DNA of 64,000 nucleotides from a virus, in the IMG/VR virus record IMGVR_UViG_3300045988_175328, positions 163,220-227,219 of that record; one strand, given 5' to 3'. Positions 28,077 through 35,319 of this stretch are shown here, piece after piece (position 1 is the first letter of the stretch; each line of letters begins with the position of its first letter). Below the pieces are notes generated by a model that saw nothing but the letters and a program-made list of their open reading frames with translations, searched no databases and was not told the DNA's origin. Made by a program: the position numbers and the translations under genes.

Positions 28077-28128
28077 AAAATCCTCGTTGGCGAGGTCGTA
28101 TTTAAAATTTAATTAAGGAGGAATTATT

Positions 28129-28392
28129 ATGAACATGTCTTATTACGGAAGCTTATTTGATTTGGTAGAAGATATTAAAAAAGACTGCGGCGGATGGGAA
28201 ACGTACAGTTATAAAGCCAAAGGCAATCAGTTAGACATTGAATTCTTTTTGGGCGACGATATCGTATGTAAGGCTGTCTTCGTGTTCGAGAAAAACTTAA
28301 TCGAAGGATCTTATGTTGTCGACGAAGATATTTATGACTTCTCGGTTAAAACGGATGAAGTATTACACCATTTGTTTGCACGTTTAGGTTAG
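28129..28392 (+). CDS. family D-like small protein
   Basis: 87-aa ORF, AAGGAGG RBS. Confidence 0.7.
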   Translation: MNMSYYGSLFDLVEDIKKDCGGWETYSYKAKGNQLDIEFFLGDDIVCKAVFVFEKNLIEGSYVVDEDIYDFSVKTDEVLHHLFARLG

Positions 28393-28438
28393 TTGCTTGG
28401 GTCCTTCGGGACCCTTATTCTTTTATCTGGAGGTTACT

Positions 28439-28672
28439 ATGTCTATTGAATGGATTAAAGATATGTTTATTAAATTAAAAGATGAGGCCGGAGCTATTGT
28501 CGGCATTGGTAATATGCATGACTATGATTTCGGGAAGATGTCTTTTAATTTTATCGACATGGACTTTGGAGTTGTCGGCGTCTCTTTCTGGGAAGGAGAT
28601 GACGTATTTAATTTTGACGTATGCGCCGACTATGAAGAATTAATTAATGAACTTAATAGTATTCTAGGATAA
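28439..28672 (+). CDS. family D-like small protein
   Basis: 77 aa from ATG 28439 after GGAGG (track ORF starts at 28397). Confidence 0.65.
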   Translation: MSIEWIKDMFIKLKDEAGAIVGIGNMHDYDFGKMSFNFIDMDFGVVGVSFWEGDDVFNFDVCADYEELINELNSILG

Positions 28673-28682
28673 GGAGAACTAT

Positions 28683-28916
28683 ATGGAAAACTTGTGCGAA
28701 TTATTAATGGAAGAAAAAGAAATAGGATTAGTTCAGTCTGTCGAGATTGAAGACGACTTATATCTATATGAATATCCAAGCGGCCGAGCACTCGTTAAAG
28801 AAATAGACGGGTACGCTACTTGTGACGTAGAGGTGGACGGAAGAAGATTCTTTTCAGATATCCATCTGCCATATAAAGATGTGGTGCGAGAATTAAACAG
28901 AGTCGTAGAATTATAA
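28683..28916 (+). CDS. family D-like small protein
   Basis: 77-aa ORF, AAGGAG RBS. Confidence 0.7.
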   Translation: MENLCELLMEEKEIGLVQSVEIEDDLYLYEYPSGRALVKEIDGYATCDVEVDGRRFFSDIHLPYKDVVRELNRVVEL

Positions 28917-28920
28917 TAAT

Positions 28921-28968
28921 AAGGGGTGCCCGAGCGAAGCGAGGGGTTAACGCCCCTTTTATTTTTTT
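28921..28968 (+). terminator. intrinsic terminator whose loop holds the first GA/GAA hairpin unit
   Basis: aaggggtg...cgcccctt stem then tttatttttttc. Confidence 0.7.
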
Positions 28969-29475
28969 CTAATAACCGTCTCCAACGGATCTAGCGAGCG
29001 AAGCGAGCGATTAACGAACCTACTATGTTTAAAGGGCGAGCGAATGCGAGCCCTTGTTAATGGACTTGTTTATATGAGGCGAGCGAAGCGAGCCGTTAAT
29101 GTACCTATCTTAAGTTTAGTAAGGGCGAGCGAAGCGAGCCCATTAAAGAACTAACTTAAAGATAGTAGCGATGCGAACGAAGTGAGCCGAGCTGTTGGTC
29201 CTTACTATAGTATAGTCGGCGAGTGAAACGAGCCGTTATAGTATAGTACTTATATATAGTATTAATAGAAAGAACCCGAAGGGTTATTATGTATAATAGT
29301 ATATATAAGCGAAAAAGGGAGCGTGAGCGACAGAAGGAGAGGCGGCGAACGAAGTGAGCCGTTGTTTGTTTCTTTGTTCCTGTATATATAAGAAAAGACA
29401 AGACAATTTGTTTTCGTCTTTTTGTTATATATAGTATAAAGAAAAAGAATAAATGGGCGCGAGCGGCAGCGAGCG
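28929..29475 (+). repeat. array of about 10 GGC-GA-GC-GAA-GC-GA-GCC hairpin units, each followed by GTTAA-like sequence
   Basis: units at 28929, 28993, 29034, 29078, 29123, 29173, 29217, 29318, 29341, 29455; outer stems covary (ccc/ggg vs ggc/gcc), inner gc/gc vs gt/ac. Confidence 0.8.
28974..28989 (+). repeat. 16-nt direct repeat aaccgtctccaacgga, left copy
   Basis: exact second copy at 43141-43156; both follow a terminator plus T-rich run. Confidence 0.85.
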
Positions 29476-29608
29476 ATTGTTTGTTCTTGTATACTATATA
29501 ATAGTATAAGAAAGACAAGAATTTTTTTGTTTGTCTTATAGTACTATATAGTATTAATAGTAAAAGAAATAAAAAAAAGAATGCCGGAAGTGGTCTTGAA
29601 GAGATTTA

Positions 29609-29636
29609 TGGTAATATAAGTCATGGTACATGACTT
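29609..29636 (+). promoter_or_regulatory. extended -10 (TGgTAATAT) followed by GTA-triloop hairpin, unit 1
   Basis: tggtaatat then aagtcatg-gta-catgactt then aac. Confidence 0.5.
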
Positions 29637-29786
29637 AACCCGTGGGAATTGTGGACGACCCTTCCTTCCGGTGCATGTACCTTTTTTATTTTTTGTCGCT
29701 GGCTCTTATTTAATTTTTGTTCTTGTTATATACTATATATATAATAATAAAAGAAATTAAAATAAGAATCGGCGCCGAGAAAATTT

Positions 29787-29813
29787 TGAGTAATATAAGT
29801 CTCGAAGAGACTT
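29787..29813 (+). promoter_or_regulatory. TGagTAATAT followed by GAA-triloop hairpin, unit 2
   Basis: aagtctc-gaa-gagactt then aac. Confidence 0.5.
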
Positions 29814-30036
29814 AACCGTGAGGTAGAATGGCCGGATGAATTGCTATTGTCTTATACTATATATATAGTAAGACACATAACATATCGCCGCCCGAACCCT
29901 TTAAAAAATTTTATTATTAAATTAATTTATATTTTTTAATTTTTTCGCCCCTGGTATTTTATTATAGTACTATATAGTAATAATATATAAACATAACAAC
30001 ATAATAATAATCGCCCGGGCTTCCTGAAAAAATTTT

Positions 30037-30062
30037 TGGTAATATAAGTCTCGAAGAGACTT
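30037..30062 (+). promoter_or_regulatory. extended -10 (TGgTAATAT) followed by GAA-triloop hairpin, unit 3
   Basis: identical hairpin aagtctc-gaa-gagactt. Confidence 0.5.
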
Positions 30063-30238
30063 AACTCCTTACCCCCGGTATCTTGATCCCGTAGGGGTCT
30101 TATTGTACTGTATCTACACTATAGTACTTACCGAACAAAATGTTTCTTATCTTACTTTTTATTCGGTTGTACATAGGGTTAGACACTTCGGTACATTAAA
30201 AAATTTTTTTTCTAAAAAAATGACTAACGTAACTTTTA

Positions 30239-30262
30239 TGAGTAATATAACTAACGTTAGTT
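30239..30262 (+). promoter_or_regulatory. TGagTAATAT followed by palindrome aactaacgttagtt, unit 4
   Basis: same TAATAT box, different but still palindromic downstream sequence. Confidence 0.45.
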
Positions 30263-30329
30263 TTCTTCGAAGAGAAGTAAGCTGAAACTGCAAGGCTGCC
30301 TGCTCTACGACTGCCCGTACGGTTTTTTA

Positions 30330-30930
30330 TAGAAGAATGGTAGTGTATTAATACTGTACTGTTAGTACTACTAGTACTGTACTACTCGACCCACACCTTT
30401 TGTGGCTGTGCCCTAAAAGGACGGGCCACTCTAATAGTTTTTTTACAGAAATTGTAGTTAATTTGTACTATTTCTAATGCAATATTAATAGTAAAACTGC
30501 ATTGGTTTTTCTGTACTTATAGATATACTAATTGCATTAGTTTTACAGATACAATTGTATTGGTTTTACAGTACCAACAGTTAACTAACACTACAGTACT
30601 TACAGTACTAATAAGACCGTACCAATGGTTTTAATGGTACTATAGTAAGATTGTACCATTGCCAATACAGCACTGCAAATAAAACCGTACTGTTTTGCAG
30701 TACTAAATGGTAATTAAATTGGTATGTTAATACAGTACTAACAAAACTGAACCAATGCTATTAATAGTACTACAGTTAAACTGTATCAACAAGACAGTAC
30801 CTATAGTACTATCAGAACTATAGTTAGATTGTATCAATAAGACAGAACCAATAGAACTATTGAAGCTATAGAAAGACTGTACTAATTAAACTGTACTAAT
30901 AGTATTAACAGTACATATAGTAAAGTAGTA
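30330..30930. repeat. GTAC-rich iteron field (possible origin or protein-binding array)
   Basis: I count 21 GTAC tetramers, mostly as CAGTAC(T/C) or CTGTACT, interleaved with about 10 copies of ACTGTAYCAATGGTTTTA-like repeats. Confidence 0.7.
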
Positions 30931-30994
30931 TTATATTAATAATTGTAATAGTAGTATTAATAATAAGAAGAATAAAGAAAAGAAAAATTTTTTT

Positions 30995-31022
30995 CTTAAG
31001 GGGCAAGCCCCTTAACAACCCC
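30995..31022 (+). repeat. H5 28-nt element, copy 2
   Basis: cttaaggggcaagccccttaacaacccc preceded by A5T7. Confidence 0.9.
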
Positions 31023-31025
31023 AAG

Positions 31026-31053
31026 TTGGTGAAGTTTAAAACAGCAGTAATAT
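31026..31053 (+). promoter_or_regulatory. candidate sigma-A-type promoter
   Basis: TTGGTG, 16-nt spacer, TAATAT. Confidence 0.4.
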
Positions 31054-31059
31054 AAAGAC

Positions 31060-31268
31060 TGTGTTTTTTGTATCACCTCCAATACCGAAACACACATCAT
31101 AATGTTTCCTCCTTTCTAAAATGATGAGAACTGAGAGCTCGGTTGAAACTTAGACCGAGCCTTGGTCTTATCGCGTTTACGCGTAATATACGAGTCCTGT
31201 AAGGACTCGATAACTGGAAACGATGTTAATTTATAGGAATATAGCCGCCCGTTTGGGCGGCTTTTTTT
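31060..31268 (+). ncRNA. candidate small RNA or structured leader (three hairpins + terminator)
   Basis: gctcggt/accgagc, cgcgt/acgcg, cgagtcc/ggactcg stems, then agccgccc-gttt-gggcggct T7 (31243-31268); no ORF. Confidence 0.4.
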
Positions 31269-31289
31269 GTTTTATTTGAGGTGTTATTT

Positions 31290-32018
31290 ATGGGATTTGA
31301 TGGAAACTATAAAGACGAAAAATGGATTGTTTCGATAAACCGAGAGAAGAATCTTATTATCGAAGAACGAGGTGAGTTGTATGAAGTTCAATGTATCGGA
31401 ATGAATGGCAATGTGTTAGTCGACAGAGTATTCTTTATGGGCCCGATTAGCGAAGAAGAAGTTTGGGAACTTATCTGGAGACTGAGATTGGAAGGTATAG
31501 ACGGAGAACTAACGATAGAAGAAAGTGGTTTGAACTATAAGGATTGGTTTGACGGGTTCGGTTTATACGAAAGCGATTTGTTATTTGGAGGATCCTGTTT
31601 ATGGAGAAGAACTGTCGGAGATGTTATTATCGATATCGGTATATCAGGTAACGGTAGAAATATTATGTACGAGAGAAAAGAAGATAGTTTCTTTGAAGTT
31701 TTAGTATATAGTGGTAACAGTAAAATTAGAAGTGAAATTAGTCAAAGTAAGAGCTTTGGTATTGGTAGTCCTTATAATAATAGTGATATTCTTAGTAATA
31801 GTATAGATAGTGTTATTATTGATAATAGTAATAGTAGTAATAATAGTGGAGATGGTAATAATGGTATATATAGTTATAACTATAGTGGATTACCTTGTTA
31901 TTATAGAGGATATATTAGTTACTATATAGTATTAGAGATTATAGATATGTTTATTAGAGAGTATGGAGGAGTTAAAGAGAAAAGAAAAATTTTTTTTCTT
32001 AAGGGGCAAGCCCCTTAA
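31290..32018 (+). CDS. family C two-domain paralogue with Ser/Asn low-complexity insert
   Basis: 242 aa from ATG 31290 (GAGGTG RBS); C-terminus runs into H5 copy 3. Confidence 0.7.
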   Translation: MGFDGNYKDEKWIVSINREKNLIIEERGELYEVQCIGMNGNVLVDRVFFMGPISEEEVWELIWRLRLEGIDGELTIEESGLNYKDWFDGFGLYESDLLFGGSCLWRRTVGDVIIDIGISGNGRNIMYERKEDSFFEVLVYSGNSKIRSEISQSKSFGIGSPYNNSDILSNSIDSVIIDNSNSSNNSGDGNNGIYSYNYSGLPCYYRGYISYYIVLEIIDMFIREYGGVKEKRKIFFLKGQAP

Positions 32019-32025
32019 CAACCCC
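31998..32025 (+). repeat. H5 28-nt element, copy 3
   Basis: identical 28-mer; contains stop codon of 31290 gene. Confidence 0.9.
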
Positions 32026-32134
32026 AAGTTGACGTAGGTTTAAAGTGCTACGTTAGCAAATAAAATCCTCATTAGTGAGGCACATTTAATGCTATCTATA
32101 GAACATACGTTCTTATTAATAAGGAGGTGATCTT

Positions 32135-32446
32135 ATAAGATATCAAAGCTGTGAAGAATTTGAAAGCTACTTCGACGGTCGATTTTATCTATTAAAAGAT
32201 CTTATTCGTGGAAATAAATTATTATGGGAAGTTGAAATAGATAAGTATACTGTTATAAATATATTAACTGAAGGAGACAGGTATGGAATAATATATCCCG
32301 AGAAAGAACGGAACTATTTTGAAGTAGGTATAATGTATGAGTCAGAAGGAAGCAATGATATTACACATCAAACTATATTAAATGTTCCTTATTATGTGGC
32401 GCTTGAAATAATAAAGAGCTTAAAAGAAGATACTTTAAAGGAGTAG
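32135..32446 (+). CDS. family B paralogue lacking a canonical start codon (possible ATA/CTT start or pseudogene)
   Basis: open frame from 32126; AGGAGGT RBS 5-7 nt before ATA 32135; product ...FESYFDGRFYLLKDLIRGNKLLWEVEID...VPYYVALEIIKSL closely matches 37213 product; absent from ORF track. Confidence 0.5.
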   Translation: MRYQSCEEFESYFDGRFYLLKDLIRGNKLLWEVEIDKYTVINILTEGDRYGIIYPEKERNYFEVGIMYESEGSNDITHQTILNVPYYVALEIIKSLKEDTLKE

Positions 32447-32450
32447 TTTA

Positions 32451-32786
32451 ATGAATGCAGAAGAGATATTTGATAAATATTCAAAATGGTTCGACGGAGA
32501 TTTCTCTATACGTTCAAATGTTATCGAAGGACATTTTATTATAGAAGGATATAATTATATATGGAACGTCAGAATCGGCAAGGACCTTATTATGGAAATC
32601 ATGACTAATGGTAAAAGTTTAGGAAGAATTTATTCTAAAAAAGAAGATAGCAGCTTTGAACTAAAGATTATTAATATTCAAAAGAAAGAAGATGAAGAAT
32701 ATCCATCTCAAACAATTGAAGATTTTTATAGCTATGTTCCTTACCATGTAGTGCTTGAATTAATTTATGCCTACCGTAATAATTAA
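32451..32786 (+). CDS. family B paralogue (WFDG...VPY.VVLE.I small protein)
   Basis: 111-aa ORF, AAGGAG RBS. Confidence 0.75.
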   Translation: MNAEEIFDKYSKWFDGDFSIRSNVIEGHFIIEGYNYIWNVRIGKDLIMEIMTNGKSLGRIYSKKEDSSFELKIINIQKKEDEEYPSQTIEDFYSYVPYHVVLELIYAYRNN

Positions 32787-32851
32787 TATTCATTAATTTG
32801 CGTATTTATGTATCGGCAAAAATCCTCATTTGTGAGTTATTTTTATGTTCT

Positions 32852-32875
32852 GCCAGTGTAGAAATATTTGCTGGC
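32852..32875 (+). promoter_or_regulatory. H3 hairpin with GTAGAAATATTT loop
   Basis: gccagt/gctggc stem, 22 nt before ATG 32898. Confidence 0.6.
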
Positions 32876-32897
32876 TGTGTTATTATAGGAGGTACTT

Positions 32898-33155
32898 ATG
32901 TATTATCGTGATTGGTTTAAAGATTCTTATTTTGAAGAACCATTTGATGGTGGTTTGCGCTGGCATATTGAAGGTAAAAAGTATACTATTAGTATCGTTA
33001 CCGGCGCATTCGTAATGGGTAAGAAGTCTTTTTGTCGTGAAACAAGTACTTATGAAGTTGCTCTATTACGAAAAGATGGTACTGTTATTTATGACAGTAT
33101 TGAAGGTTATTTAGATTATAATGAAGTATTAGGATTTATTGAAAAATATGTATAA
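32898..33155 (+). CDS. divergent family B paralogue
   Basis: 85-aa ORF, AGGAGG RBS. Confidence 0.7.
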   Translation: MYYRDWFKDSYFEEPFDGGLRWHIEGKKYTISIVTGAFVMGKKSFCRETSTYEVALLRKDGTVIYDSIEGYLDYNEVLGFIEKYV

Positions 33156-33468
33156 TACTGAATTTTTTAATATAAATGATTATGAAGATTGGTTTTTCGG
33201 CGCCGATATTTATTTCGATAATTTTATCGGCGGCGACAAACTAAGATGGATTGTCTTTTACAGAAAAGGCTTTTATTTAAATATTAGTATTCTTATTGAA
33301 GATATTTTAAAGAATAAAGAATCTAATATATTTGATCTTAGTATGAACAAATTAAATGAATACAAGGGCGAATTATTATTTGATAGTATTGATGATGTTC
33401 CTTATTATTTAGTCCTCGAAATAATAAAAGCTTTAGAGAATTTTAATGAAAGAATGCGATTGGGTTGA
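33148..33468 (+). CDS. family B paralogue
   Basis: 106 aa from ATG 33148 (track ORF starts at TTG 33139); ...DDVPYYLVLEIIKALENF. Confidence 0.65.
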   Translation: MYNTEFFNINDYEDWFFGADIYFDNFIGGDKLRWIVFYRKGFYLNISILIEDILKNKESNIFDLSMNKLNEYKGELLFDSIDDVPYYLVLEIIKALENFNERMRLG

Positions 33469-33479
33469 AGAAGGTTTTT

Positions 33480-33815
33480 ATGGATAAGAAAGATTGGTTT
33501 GATAATTGTTATTTCTATAGCTGGGAAAAAATAATGTGTTGTGAAGACGAACATATATGGAGAATCAGAATGGGTGATGGAACATATATTGAAATACAAG
33601 TCGGCGGCTATTCTGAGAGATCTTATTTAGGCGATAGCCGAGAAGAGAGTTGTTTCGACATGAGTCTTTATAATGATGATCAATATGATTTTGTGAATAG
33701 AGTAAGAAGCTTTATTCCTAAGGGTATTTTTGATAATGGCCCATTAGAGGATGTTCCTTATGATGATTGTATTAAAATCATAGAAAAACAAAAAAAAGAA
33801 TGCGGCTTTATTTAA
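33480..33815 (+). CDS. family B paralogue
   Basis: 111 aa from ATG 33480 (track ORF starts at 33465). Confidence 0.65.
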   Translation: MDKKDWFDNCYFYSWEKIMCCEDEHIWRIRMGDGTYIEIQVGGYSERSYLGDSREESCFDMSLYNDDQYDFVNRVRSFIPKGIFDNGPLEDVPYDDCIKIIEKQKKECGFI

Positions 33816-33837
33816 TTTCTTTTTTTGTGGAGGCACT

Positions 33838-34446
33838 ATGATATTTAATGGAACTGAATATGAAGGAGAAGCTAAGATTAGGATATCCGATGATCATTAT
33901 CTTTTAGTTCGAGAAGAAGATGGTCTATATGATGTCTCATCTACTTCTGAAAATAACAGAATAATTGCAGATAAAACATATAATCTTGGTCTGATTGAAG
34001 AAGACGAAGTACTTGAATTAATATGGACATTGCGGCAAGAAAAGATCCGTAGTGATATTTGTCTCAAAGAAAGATTTAAAATATATTCTAAATGGTTCCC
34101 TGGCTTTGAAATGTATAAAGAAGATTATATTTACGAAGGATATTATACATGGATGAAATTAATTAGTGGCCCCGAAGGATTAAATATTGTTATTAATATG
34201 TGCGGCAAAACTGGCAGCTTAATATATGAACGTAAAGAAGATAGTTTCTTTCAAGTTAGTCTATGTTGTCATAATGACAAAATGAAAGAACCTATTTATA
34301 AATTATTTAATATCGATAATAATAAAAAAAATAGTATTGGTGGCAATAATTTTTATGAAACCTATGGCATTTATTCTTGTAATTATGTCAATTACTATAT
34401 AGTTCTAGAAATAATAAAAGTAATAAAGAGGTTATATGATATTTAA
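33838..34446 (+). CDS. family C two-domain paralogue
   Basis: 202 aa; MIFNGTEYEG...LYDV...KIYSKWFPGFE...NYYIVLEIIKVIK. Confidence 0.75.
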   Translation: MIFNGTEYEGEAKIRISDDHYLLVREEDGLYDVSSTSENNRIIADKTYNLGLIEEDEVLELIWTLRQEKIRSDICLKERFKIYSKWFPGFEMYKEDYIYEGYYTWMKLISGPEGLNIVINMCGKTGSLIYERKEDSFFQVSLCCHNDKMKEPIYKLFNIDNNKKNSIGGNNFYETYGIYSCNYVNYYIVLEIIKVIKRLYDI

Positions 34447-34954
34447 CGGAGTTTTATATAAAAGAAATAAAATTAAAAAAAGAATATCTGATGACAAATA
34501 TCTTTCGATTCAAGAAAAAGACGGTCTATATGATGTAACTTGTATTTCTGATACAGGAAATGTATTTGTAAATAGATCCAAATACTTTAATTTATTGGAA
34601 GAAGATGAAATGCTCGATTTATTATGGGACTTGCGGATTGAAGAAGCTCGTAACAGTATTCGCATTAAAAAAAGATTTAAAATATACTCTAAATGGTTTT
34701 CTGGTTTTAAGTTAGATGTTGATGACTATATATATGAAGGTTTCTATATGTGGCAAAAAACTATTGGAGATTATTCTATTCTTATTAATACTTTAAGAGA
34801 TACTAGTAGTATTATGTATGAAGATAAAGAGATTAGTTTCTTTGATGTTGATATACATTATTGTAGTAAAGATAATAGTATTTCTTATTATTATAGAGGT
34901 GTTAATTATTATATAGTAAGAGAAATAATAAGAGAAATAAAAAAGTTTTCTTAA
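34436..34954 (+). CDS. family C two-domain paralogue
   Basis: 172 aa; MIFNGVLYKR...LYDV...KIYSKWFSGFK...NYYIVREIIREIK; stop lies inside H5 copy 4. Confidence 0.75.
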   Translation: MIFNGVLYKRNKIKKRISDDKYLSIQEKDGLYDVTCISDTGNVFVNRSKYFNLLEEDEMLDLLWDLRIEEARNSIRIKKRFKIYSKWFSGFKLDVDDYIYEGFYMWQKTIGDYSILINTLRDTSSIMYEDKEISFFDVDIHYCSKDNSISYYYRGVNYYIVREIIREIKKFS

Positions 34955-34977
34955 GGGGCAAGCCCCTTAACAACCCC
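34950..34977 (+). repeat. H5 28-nt element, copy 4
   Basis: identical 28-mer. Confidence 0.9.
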
Positions 34978-34995
34978 TTGGAGAGGAATGATTGA

Positions 34996-35307
34996 ATGGA
35001 CGTGCTAGGCGTGTTCAAAGAATATGCAGAATGGTTTGGAGGCGATTTTACTTATAACACTAACAGTATGAAAGGAGACAGGTATATATGGCGGATTAGA
35101 GTTCGTATGAGTACTTTCGTCGAAGTCATAACATATGGCAATCGATTTAAAGACAGGTATCCTGAGAAAAAAACTTGTACCTTTGAAATAAAAGTTATTA
35201 ATATTATGAAAGATGGCGAACGTACTGGTAAAATAATTGAAAAAGAATATACTGGTGTCCCTTATTATTTAGTGCTTGAACTTATTCGTGCTTATCATAA
35301 TAGTTAG
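34996..35307 (+). CDS. family B paralogue
   Basis: 103 aa; ...YAEWFGGDF...GVPYYLVLELIRAYHNS. Confidence 0.75.
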   Translation: MDVLGVFKEYAEWFGGDFTYNTNSMKGDRYIWRIRVRMSTFVEVITYGNRFKDRYPEKKTCTFEIKVINIMKDGERTGKIIEKEYTGVPYYLVLELIRAYHNS

Positions 35308-35319
35308 TTTTTAAGTGCA

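Larger units (their letters stand above)
29200..30140. repeat. field of AT-rich imperfect palindromes of the TATAGTACTATATAGTA type
   Basis: copies near 29205, 29238, 29287, 29380, 29424, 29489, 29535, 29715, 29860, 29960, 30100. Confidence 0.7.

Noticed and set aside
22356-29475. Possibility that the repeated hairpins are CRISPR arrays
   Set aside because: The repeats are short and of several different families. They are irregularly spaced, and the supposed spacers are protein-coding genes with RBSs. No cas genes are present.
29156-30285. ORFs 29156..29518 (-) and 30103..30285 (+) in the repeat region
   Set aside because: They read through the GA-hairpin array, the AT palindromes and the promoter-hairpin units. 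The products are low-complexity and there is no RBS.
30996-31100. Minus-strand 34-aa ORF with a perfect AAAGGAGG RBS 7 nt before ATGATG
   Set aside because: It is the only minus-strand candidate here, has no obvious promoter, and its C-terminus is simply the palindromic H5 element read backwards. It is not excluded, but it is unsupported without expression or conservation data.
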